Positions 8,261 through 15,361 of a stretch of 29,692 nucleotides of DNA are shown here, piece by piece. A model generated the notes under the pieces. The model did not search any database, had not been told where the DNA came from, and was given only the letters and a program-made list of their open reading frames with translations. The stretch's first letter is position 1. Each line of letters starts with the position of its first letter. This DNA comes from Planctomycetota bacterium (GTDB taxonomy: Bacteria > Planctomycetota > UBA1135 > GCA-002686595). The stretch covers positions 1-29,692 of the forward strand of contig JAJFFA010001003.1 of NCBI GenBank assembly GCA_021776885.1, given 5' to 3'. Both the position numbers and the translations under genes were made by a program.

Positions 8261-9441
8261 GCCAGCGGCTCCGCGCGCTCGAAGACCAGGGCCGTGTTGT
8301 TGCCGCCGAACCCGAAGGAGTTCGAGAGGGCGACCTGTGGAGTCGCCTCGCGGGACTCGCGCAGGGGCTCGAGCCCGCAGGCCGGGTCGACGTCGCTCAG
8401 CCGTGCCGTGCCCGGCAGGAAGCCGCGCGACAGGGCCAGGGCGCAGGTCACCGCCTCGATCGCCCCCGCCGCACCGAGGGTGTGGCCGAAGAGGCCCTTG
8501 ACCGACGAGGTGGGCGGCGGCGCGCTCCCCTGCGCGGCGAAGAAGCGCGCGATGGCGTTGCCCTCCGCCAGGTCGTTGCCCTGGGTGCCCGTGCCGTGGG
8601 CGTTGATGTAGTCGACCCGGGCCGCGTCGATCCCGGCCCGCTCGAGGGCGCCGCGCATGGCCTGGGTCGCGCCGCGTCCCTCCGGGTCGGGCGCGGTCGG
8701 GTGGTGGGCGTCGCAGGTGTTGGCGAAGCCGGCCAGGAGCGCGAAGCTGCGCGCGCCCCGCGCTCGCGCCTCTTCGGCGCGCTCGAGGACGCAGAACGCC
8801 GCCCCCTCGCCCAGGCTCATCCCCGCGCGCCGCGCGTCGAAGGGGCGCGCCCCCTCGGGATCCATGGCCAGGAGCGACGCGAAGCCGTTCAGGGTCAAAC
8901 GCGTCAGGGCGTCGACGCCCCCCGCGACCACGGCGTCCGCCATGCCCGTGGCCAGGAGTTCCGCGCCGACGGCCAGGGCCTGGGCCCCGGACGAGCAGGC
9001 GTTCGAGATCGTCGTCGCCGGTCCGGCCAGGCCGAACTCTCGGGCCAGGGCGAAGGTCGTGTGCACACAGGCGTGGCGCGTCCAGACCGTCGCGTCGTGG
9101 TCGGCGCTCGCCAGGCGCGCCCCGAGGGCCGTCTCCGTCTCGGGCATGCCGCCGCCGCAGGTGCCAACGACCAGGCCGATGCGCTCGGGCGCGTGGACCA
9201 GGCCGGCGTGTTCGAGGGCGTCCGCCAGGGCCATGCGTCCCAGGGCCAGGTTGCGCGGCCCGGGCCCGACGCCCGCGACCTGCGCCACCGGATGCTGTCC
9301 CTGGCGCGGTGAGGCGAAGAGGGTCAGGCGCCCGAGCCCCGAGCGCCCCGTGCGCAGCGCGGCCTCCGTCGCGTCGAGCCCGCGCCCCACGGCCGAGACG
9401 AGCCCCAGCCCGGTGATCGCGACGCGCTCGGGCGAGCCCAA
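8257..9441 (-). CDS. fabF: Beta-ketoacyl-ACP synthase II-type ketosynthase
   Basis: TISNACSSG (Cys), NAHGTGT and KGLFGHTLGAAG (His/His), NSFGFGGNN. TTG start directly after the ACP stop. Confidence 0.92.
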   Translation of the reverse strand: MGSPERVAITGLGLVSAVGRGLDATEAALRTGRSGLGRLTLFASPRQGQHPVAQVAGVGPGPRNLALGRMALADALEHAGLVHAPERIGLVVGTCGGGMPETETALGARLASADHDATVWTRHACVHTTFALAREFGLAGPATTISNACSSGAQALAVGAELLATGMADAVVAGGVDALTRLTLNGFASLLAMDPEGARPFDARRAGMSLGEGAAFCVLERAEEARARGARSFALLAGFANTCDAHHPTAPDPEGRGATQAMRGALERAGIDAARVDYINAHGTGTQGNDLAEGNAIARFFAAQGSAPPPTSSVKGLFGHTLGAAGAIEAVTCALALSRGFLPGTARLSDVDPACGLEPLRESREATPQVALSNSFGFGGNNTALVFERAEPLA

Positions 9442-9699
9442 TCAGCCCTCGCGGTGCTGGGCGACGAACTCCGCCAGGGAGCGCACGCTGGCGAAGGCGG
9501 ACTTGGCCGTCTCCATGTCCGTCAGGCGGATGCCGTAGTGGCGCTCGACCATCACCACCAGCTCGACCGCGTCGATCGAGTCGAGGCCCAGGCCCTCCTC
9601 GAACAGGGCGTCGTCCATGCTGATCGACTGCGGGTCCACGTCCTCCAGCTCGAGGTCGTTGATGATGTGCGCTTTGAGTTCTTCGGCGAGCTGTTCCAT
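9442..9699 (-). CDS. Acyl carrier protein (ApeE-like)
   Basis: 85 aa, acidic; LFEEGLGLDSIDAVEL phosphopantetheine site; TGATG coupling to the upstream gene. Confidence 0.92.
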   Translation of the reverse strand: MEQLAEELKAHIINDLELEDVDPQSISMDDALFEEGLGLDSIDAVELVVMVERHYGIRLTDMETAKSAFASVRSLAEFVAQHREG

Positions 9700-10403
9700 C
9701 AATCGGCGTGTGCGCGTCGCAGTTGTTGCAGGGCAAGACCCGCCGGATCGCGTGCCTCGAGCAGCGCGTCGACGGGGGCCAGGTCGGATTCTAGTGCATC
9801 CCCGGGCTCGATGAGCAGCACGACCAGCCGGGCGCTCGCTTCCAGGCCGAGGTCCGCCGCGCTCGCCCCCGCCTCGACCCCGACCCAGTCGCCGAGGCAG
9901 ACCAGGACGCGCCCGGCGAGCCCCTCCTGCACCAGGCCCAGGGCTTCGCCCAGGGCCGGCGCCTCGCCCCCGGGCGGCGTCGAGTAGGCCAGGGTCGGGC
10001 CGGTCAGCCCGTAGCGCAGGGCCAGGACGCCCAGGAAGGTGCTGGGCAGGGTGTACGGAAAGAGCCCGGCCTGGGTGCCGTGGCTCGAGCCCAGGCTGGC
10101 CTCGAAGTGCCAGTCGGCGTCGAGACAACCCGCCGCCCCGATGGCGACCACGGCCGTGGTGTCGTCCGCGGGGGCGGCGCGCGCGGGCAGCCCCGCGCAC
10201 TCGGTCGCGGCGCAGGCGATGCGGCTCAGGCGGTCGAGGTGGCGCGCGCCGGGGAAGGAGGACTCGAACAGTGCGCGCCAGCGCAGCTTGTCGCGCAGGG
10301 GGTCGAGGGGTATGTCGCGCCAGGCGCGCGCGTAGCCGCTGGTGCCCAGGAGACCCTCGAGGTCGGCGCCGCCGGCGGCGGCCAGGCGCAGGGGCGCAGT
10401 CAT
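9699..10403 (-). CDS. Non-catalytic ketosynthase-like partner (short, flexirubin-type 3-oxoacyl-ACP synthase-like protein)
   Basis: 234 aa; HLDRLSRIACAA...AGLFPYTLPSTFLGVLALRYGLTGP. ATGA overlap with the upstream KS; lacks the His/His motifs. Confidence 0.72.
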   Translation of the reverse strand: MTAPLRLAAAGGADLEGLLGTSGYARAWRDIPLDPLRDKLRWRALFESSFPGARHLDRLSRIACAATECAGLPARAAPADDTTAVVAIGAAGCLDADWHFEASLGSSHGTQAGLFPYTLPSTFLGVLALRYGLTGPTLAYSTPPGGEAPALGEALGLVQEGLAGRVLVCLGDWVGVEAGASAADLGLEASARLVVLLIEPGDALESDLAPVDALLEARDPAGLALQQLRRAHAD

Positions 10404-11536
10404 GCCTGGAAGACCAGGGCCCAGTCGATGCCGCCGAAGCCGGCGGCGAGCTTGAGCGCGGTCTGCGCCCGGGGCAGGGGACGCGACGCGCCGCTCAGGG
10501 GGAACTCCAAGGCCGGGTCGACGTGCTCGAGGCGCAGGTTGGGCGGGGACACGCCACGCGCGAGGGCCTCGAGGGCGACCAGGCTCTCGAGTACGCCCGC
10601 CGCGCCCAGGGTGTGGCCGAGCTGAGCCTTGGAGCCGGCGGCGGCCGGGGCGACGGGCGCGCCCTCGAAGACGCGACGCAGGGCGTGGCACTCCATCGCG
10701 TCGTTGTAGGGCGTGCCCGTGCCGTGCAGGTGGACCAGGTCGACGTCCGCGGGGGTGCAGCCGGCGCAGTCGAGGGCGCGCTGCATGGCGCGCGCCAGTC
10801 CCGCGCCGTCGCGGCTCGGGCCGGTGACATGGTTCGCGTCGTTGCTCGCGCCGAAGCCGCACAGCCGCGGGCTGCGTTCCTGGCGCTGATCGGGGGCGGC
10901 GGCGAGCACCATGGCCCCCGCTCCCTCACCGACCGAGAGTCCGGCGCGGGTCACGTCGAAGGGCCGGCAAGCGAGCGGGTCGAGGGCCAGCAGGCTCGAG
11001 AAGCCCTGCAGCACGAAGGGCTCGAGCACATCGACGCCGACGACCAGCACGTGGCGCGCCACGCCACGCCGGATCCAGCGCGCCCCCTGGGCCAGGGCCG
11101 CCAGGCCCGAGGCGCAGGCACAGGACACGGCGATGCGCGGTTCGCCGGCTTCGAGCTCGGCCGCGAGGGCCTGGCACAGGCGCCAGGGGGCGGCGTGCTC
11201 GCCGGCCCGCGCGATCCCGCGCGAGAGGTCGGCCTTGGTGGTGGCCAGGACCAGGGCGACGTCGGCGCCCGCGAGGCCGGCGTCCTGCAACGCTTCGCGC
11301 GCGGCGCGCCGGGCGAGGGACAGGGCCGGCGGCAGGCCTGCTTCGAAGCACTCGTGCGGCACCTCCGCCGCGACGGACGTCAGGCACTCGACCTGGGCCA
11401 GGCGGCCCCGCGGGCGCACCCCCGAGCGGCCGTCGAACACGCCCTCGAGCAGCGCGGGAGCGCCGGCACCGAAGGCCGACACCGCGCCGCGCCCGACGAC
11501 CCATGCGACTCGGGCGACCTGGGCGGCGTCCTTCAC
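10400..11536 (-). CDS. Beta-ketoacyl-ACP synthase II-type ketosynthase
   Basis: AVSCACASG, HLHGTGTPYND, KAQLGHTLGAAG and AAGFGG motifs. GTG start at 11536 overlaps the thioesterase stop. Confidence 0.9.
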   Translation of the reverse strand: MKDAAQVARVAWVVGRGAVSAFGAGAPALLEGVFDGRSGVRPRGRLAQVECLTSVAAEVPHECFEAGLPPALSLARRAAREALQDAGLAGADVALVLATTKADLSRGIARAGEHAAPWRLCQALAAELEAGEPRIAVSCACASGLAALAQGARWIRRGVARHVLVVGVDVLEPFVLQGFSSLLALDPLACRPFDVTRAGLSVGEGAGAMVLAAAPDQRQERSPRLCGFGASNDANHVTGPSRDGAGLARAMQRALDCAGCTPADVDLVHLHGTGTPYNDAMECHALRRVFEGAPVAPAAAGSKAQLGHTLGAAGVLESLVALEALARGVSPPNLRLEHVDPALEFPLSGASRPLPRAQTALKLAAGFGGIDWALVFQA

Positions 11537-11991
11537 GGGTGCAGCGCGCGCTCCTTCCAGCGCTCGACGAAGCGGTCGAAGAACTCGGGGCGGCAGTAGA
11601 TCAGCTGGCCCTCGTGGTCGGTGAAGATCTGCTCGGTCGTGCCGCGCACCGCCGCCTCGCCCGTCGCCTTCGACACGAGGTAGGTGAAGACCAGCTTCGC
11701 GCCGGGCACGAGGTGCAGGCGCGTGCGCACGCTGAGCTCCTCGTCGTAGCGCGTCGGCAGGAGGTAGTCGAGGTCGACGTGGACCAGGGGCGCGAAGCAG
11801 CCGGCGGCGTGGATGTCCTCGTAGCCGAACTGATACTCGCGTCCGAAGGCCGAGCGGCCCTCCTCGAAGTACGACAGGTAGTGGCCGTGCCAGGTCATGC
11901 GCAGGGAGTCGACCTCCTGGAAGCGCACGCGCACCGGGCAGGTGTTCTCGAGGAAGTTTCCCGCAGGGGGGCCGGAGCGGCGGCGCTTCAC
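11533..11991 (-). CDS. Acyl-CoA/ACP thioesterase, hotdog 4HBT/YbgC family (ApeK-like)
   Basis: VRVRFQEVDSLRMTWHGHYLSYFEEGR...LDYLLPTRYDEEL; GTGA coupling. Confidence 0.9.
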   Translation of the reverse strand: MKRRRSGPPAGNFLENTCPVRVRFQEVDSLRMTWHGHYLSYFEEGRSAFGREYQFGYEDIHAAGCFAPLVHVDLDYLLPTRYDEELSVRTRLHLVPGAKLVFTYLVSKATGEAAVRGTTEQIFTDHEGQLIYCRPEFFDRFVERWKERALHP

Positions 11992-12434
11992 GCCGGCGGC
12001 CCCGCTTGCTCCGTGAAGAACTGGAAGTCGCCCGCGGCCAGCACCTCGCCCGCCACCCGTGCCTGACCGTGGACCAGGGAGATCGCGTCGAGCTCGCGCA
12101 CCAGGCTGACCTCGTACTCGAGCACCTCGCCGACCTTGGGCAGGCGCTCGATCGAGAAGCGCGAGAGGCCCACCAGCATGCCGCGTAGCACCCCGCGCCC
12201 ACGGCGCCGGGCGGCGGCGCCGTGCATGGCCGCGGCGGTCTGGGCGATGCCCTCGATCAGCGCGGCTTCCCACAGCGCGCCCTGCGCGTCGACATCGGGA
12301 CCCGGGCGCACCTCGCGGCGCGCGACGGCGCGCGCGTCCTCGAGCACGAGCAGCGCGTCCAGCCCCAGGATCGGCGGCCGATGGGGCACGTACTCGGCCA
12401 GATCGAAGGCCGACTCTCGCGGGGCGGACTCCAC
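11988..12434 (-). CDS. 3-hydroxyacyl-ACP dehydratase-like hotdog protein (ApeP/FabA-Z-like)
   Basis: YVPHRPPILGLD...LIEGIAQTAAA...GMLVGLSRF motifs. Confidence 0.85.
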   Translation of the reverse strand: MESAPRESAFDLAEYVPHRPPILGLDALLVLEDARAVARREVRPGPDVDAQGALWEAALIEGIAQTAAAMHGAAARRRGRGVLRGMLVGLSRFSIERLPKVGEVLEYEVSLVRELDAISLVHGQARVAGEVLAAGDFQFFTEQAGPPA

Positions 12435-12454
12435 CCGATGGCTCCGCGCCGCGC

Positions 12455-12715
12455 TCAGGCGCCCGTCTCGGCCGAGAGGCGCGAGTGGACCTGGTCGTAG
12501 ATGTCGCCGAGGGTGCGGATCGTCTTGGCGTTGGCCTCGGGGATCCGGCAGCGGAAGGTCTTCTCGAGGGCGACGACCAGGTCGACACCGTCGAGGCTGT
12601 CCATGTCGAGATCCTTCGCCAGGCTGGCCTCAGCGCGCAGGTCGCTGGCCGGCACCTCGAACTCTTCCACCATGATGCGGTTGACGAGTTCTTCGATCTC
12701 TTCGCGTTTCGGCAA
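12455..12715 (-). CDS. Acyl carrier protein (ApeF-like)
   Basis: 86 aa; LAKDLDMDSLDGVDLVVALEK; TTG start with strong SD AAGGAGG (12721-12727). Confidence 0.92.
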   Translation of the reverse strand: MPKREEIEELVNRIMVEEFEVPASDLRAEASLAKDLDMDSLDGVDLVVALEKTFRCRIPEANAKTIRTLGDIYDQVHSRLSAETGA

Positions 12716-12792
12716 GGTCCCCTCCTTGGGAGGCCGAAGGTACTCCGGCGGGGGTAGGGGGGCAATGGGTCGCGGGCCGGGTCCCTGCGGGT

Positions 12793-14487
12793 TCAGCTTC
12801 CGCCGCCGCGCAGCCGCTCGAGAGCCGCCCGCGCGGCCTCGACATGGGGCTCGAAGGGGGGCACGGCTTCCAGCGCCGCGGCGTACAGGGCCGCCGCCCG
12901 CGAGTTGTCGCCCTCGAGCTCCCTGGCGCGGGCCAGGAGCAGCAGGATCCCGGGGTCGTCCGGGCTCAGCTCGTGGGCGCGCTCGAGGCGCGCGAGCTCA
13001 TCGGGGCCGAGGCGCCCGTTCCCCTCGAGGGCGCTCTCGATGCCCTCCATCAGCCTGCGCTGTTCGACCAGGCGCGCGTAGCTGCCGTCCTCCAGGGCGG
13101 GGTCCGCGGGGACCGGCGCGAGGTCCGCCGGCGGGCCCTCGCCGAAGCCCTCGATGCTGTACGGATCGAACGCGCCGAGCTGGTGCGGACCGCGGCTGAC
13201 CCACAGCACTCCGCGGGTCACGTCGGCCACCACCGAGTGGGTGGCGATCATCGGGTTGATCGTGCCGCGGTGGCCCAGGGCGCGGGGCGCGCCCCCCGGC
13301 CCGTCCCGGTCGCGCAGGATGGCGACCGCCCTCTCGACGTCGAGCTGGCCCCGGGCCGCCTCGCACAGCTCGCTGGTGCGGGCGTGGCGGGCGCGGCTGG
13401 AGCCGACGCGCATGTACTCGGCATTCCCGGCGTCGTCCGCGAACTCGGGGGTCTCGAAGTGGTTGGCCTGGATCAGGAGCTCTCCCTCGAGCCGGCGCAG
13501 GGCGGACTTGCCCGGGGCGCGCTCGACCACGACCGCCTCACCCGTCTCGCCGTCGGCGATCAGGTAGGAGTCCGAGACGAAGATCTCGGCGCCGGCGACG
13601 ATCTCGATCGCCTGCTCCAGGTCTTGCGCGTACTGCAGCACCTCGCGCACGACCAGGGACACCGGGCGCCCGATGTTCGAGCGCTGCTCGGAGTGGGCCC
13701 CGTTCACGGAGCAGAAGATGCGCTCGGCGTTGATCCCGGTGACGGCCCCGGCCATCCCGGGCCAGGACACGGAGAGGAACGCCAGCCCCGCCTCGGGTCG
13801 GTAGAGGGCGATGACCTTGTTGCGGTCGAAGTGCTCGCCGGCCTCCCAGTCGAAGTTGCGGGCCACCAGGAGCCCGCCGTCCAGGCTGGCCGCGCCCCGC
13901 GCGGCGAAGGCCGTGCAGCCCAGGACCGGCTTGTCCCAGACCCAGTGGGAGATGTCGTGGGCGGCGTGGTAGTTCAGGATCCGGTGGTAGCGCGGTCCGA
14001 GGTAGCCGTACTGGTCCTCGGGGCCGCCCTGCGACAGGCCGAGGATCTCGAGGGCGTACTCGGGCTGGACGTAGTCGGGCAGGTTGCGGTTGTTGACCAG
14101 GACCAGGAGCCCCAGGCCGATGCGCTTCAGGAGCGAGGGGAACTTGGCCTCGACCGTGTCGATCAGGCTCTTCTCCTGGAAGGCCAGGAGGTCGTGGGTC
14201 AGGCGCGCGTTCGCGTAGCCCAGCTCGAAGGGCGAGCCCTCCAGATAGAGCAGCGAGCGGCCCTCCGCCGGCTGGTACCAGGAGGCCCCCAGGTGCACGC
14301 GGCCGTCCTCGGTGTGGCGCGCCTCGAGGTCGAGCAGGGCGGGACGGGCCGCCAGGACCGGAGGCTCGGCGAAGCAGAACAGGAGCGCCCAGCCCACGAA
14401 GAGGGCCAGCAGCAGGGCCAGCCCGAGGGCGCCCCCCGCCAGGCGGCGTAGCCAGCGCGGCCAGCGTCCGATGCCGATGTGAAGCAT
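12793..14487 (-). CDS. C45-family Ntn-hydrolase (acyl-CoA:6-APA acyltransferase-like) with N-terminal membrane anchor
   Basis: N-terminal TM (LALLLALFVGWALLF), LYLEGSPFELGY, HDISH...LGCTAFAARG (N-terminal-nucleophile Cys), ARNFDW, GAVTGINAERI, QANHF and ATHSVV. Confidence 0.88.
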   Translation of the reverse strand: MLHIGIGRWPRWLRRLAGGALGLALLLALFVGWALLFCFAEPPVLAARPALLDLEARHTEDGRVHLGASWYQPAEGRSLLYLEGSPFELGYANARLTHDLLAFQEKSLIDTVEAKFPSLLKRIGLGLLVLVNNRNLPDYVQPEYALEILGLSQGGPEDQYGYLGPRYHRILNYHAAHDISHWVWDKPVLGCTAFAARGAASLDGGLLVARNFDWEAGEHFDRNKVIALYRPEAGLAFLSVSWPGMAGAVTGINAERIFCSVNGAHSEQRSNIGRPVSLVVREVLQYAQDLEQAIEIVAGAEIFVSDSYLIADGETGEAVVVERAPGKSALRRLEGELLIQANHFETPEFADDAGNAEYMRVGSSRARHARTSELCEAARGQLDVERAVAILRDRDGPGGAPRALGHRGTINPMIATHSVVADVTRGVLWVSRGPHQLGAFDPYSIEGFGEGPPADLAPVPADPALEDGSYARLVEQRRLMEGIESALEGNGRLGPDELARLERAHELSPDDPGILLLLARARELEGDNSRAAALYAAALEAVPPFEPHVEAARAALERLRGGGS

Positions 14488-14493
14488 GGGGGG

Positions 14494-14499
14494 AGGATA
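14494..14499 (-). promoter_or_regulatory. Putative -10 hexamer TATCCT, 6 nt before the C45 ATG (leaderless start of the PKS operon)
   Basis: Minus strand reads gcgTATCCTccccccATG; no SD. Confidence 0.45.
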
Positions 14500-14803
14500 C
14501 GCGGGCCGGGCGCGAATGCTGCGACAGGCTCCTGGCCCCGGGACATGCGATCCGGGCCATGCGGATGGATCGATCTGTGCAACCGGAGTGCCGCGCTCCG
14601 CCTGGCGATGCCGAACGAGCGAAGATTAGGCCAGTTTAACCTTCGACCCAACAGGGGGTTACGGGAGGGTCGTTCTTTCAATGCGTCATCGTAGGGGCAA
14701 GAGCGCCTATAGCTTCGTACCCTGGGTACACCTCCCGTGGGTCCGTGCGCGCCGTCTCTTTCCCGGTGGCCCGGGCCCGTCCAACGAGGCGCGGCTGACT
14801 AAA

Positions 14804-15343
14804 ATGAGGGTTCAAAGCATCGTGCCCGCTGTGGACGCAGCCGGCATCTGGTTCGACCGGAACATGGGCGAGCCCTGGGTCGTGCTGGATCTGTCCAGCC
14901 GACAAGACTTCCGGCGCAAGCACATCCCCGACTCGATCCACGCACCGCTGGACGAACTCGAGGACTACGAGCTGCGCCTGCGGCTGTACGCCGAGGGCCG
15001 AAACGTGGCCTTCGTGACCCGGGGAGACCAGAGTCCACGGGTCGCGGCCCTCGAGTTGGCGCGCTTGGGGCTCCCGAGCGCCCATCACCTCGAAGGTGGG
15101 ATCGACAGCTGGTCTGCAGCGGGGTTCGAGCTCGAGAGTGACCTCGGGGGGCAAGCCCATGCCTGGTTGGTGGGGGTGACCCTGCTGCTCCTGTGGCTGG
15201 TCGGAGCGCTGCTCGAGCCGGCGATCCTGATCGTGGCCGCCAGCCTCAGCGGAGCCCTGCTCGGCCTCGTGCTCCTGGACCAGTTCCGCCGTGGCCGCTT
15301 CCTGCCTCGGCTGCCCGCCGTGCGCCTGCCGCGCTTGGCCTGA
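14804..15343 (+). CDS. Rhodanese-like domain protein with C-terminal TM pair (DUF2892-like)
   Basis: VVLDLSSRQDFRRKHIPDSIHAPL...HHLEGGIDSWSAAG followed by two hydrophobic helices. Start placed at ATG 14804; the extension from 14681 is not rhodanese-like. Confidence 0.8.
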   Translation: MRVQSIVPAVDAAGIWFDRNMGEPWVVLDLSSRQDFRRKHIPDSIHAPLDELEDYELRLRLYAEGRNVAFVTRGDQSPRVAALELARLGLPSAHHLEGGIDSWSAAGFELESDLGGQAHAWLVGVTLLLLWLVGALLEPAILIVAASLSGALLGLVLLDQFRRGRFLPRLPAVRLPRLA

Positions 15344-15361
15344 CCCGAACCGGGCCCACGC

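Larger units (their letters stand above)
1..14487 (-). other. Flexirubin/aryl-polyene-like type II FAS/PKS biosynthetic gene cluster (continues past the left edge)
   Basis: Two catalytic KS, two KS-like partners, two ACPs, dehydratase, thioesterase, polysaccharide deacetylase, GT2-DUF2062, MMPL, C45 peptidase and FAD-dependent halogenase-like genes. Most junctions overlap (ATGA/GTGA/TGATG) or are nearly adjacent. Confidence 0.85.

Noticed and set aside
6437-8611. 724-aa 'giant ParE fusion' ORF
   Set aside because: Only the first about 75 aa are ParE-like; the remainder is the antisense frame of three well-supported minus-strand genes.
7436-12765. Long merged minus-strand ORFs (7436-9736, 9442-10200, 9699-10862, 10400-12202, 11533-12765)
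   Set aside because: Their N-terminal parts are alternative frames over upstream genes. True starts are the coupled GTG/ATG codons at 8260, 9699, 10403, 11536 and 11991.
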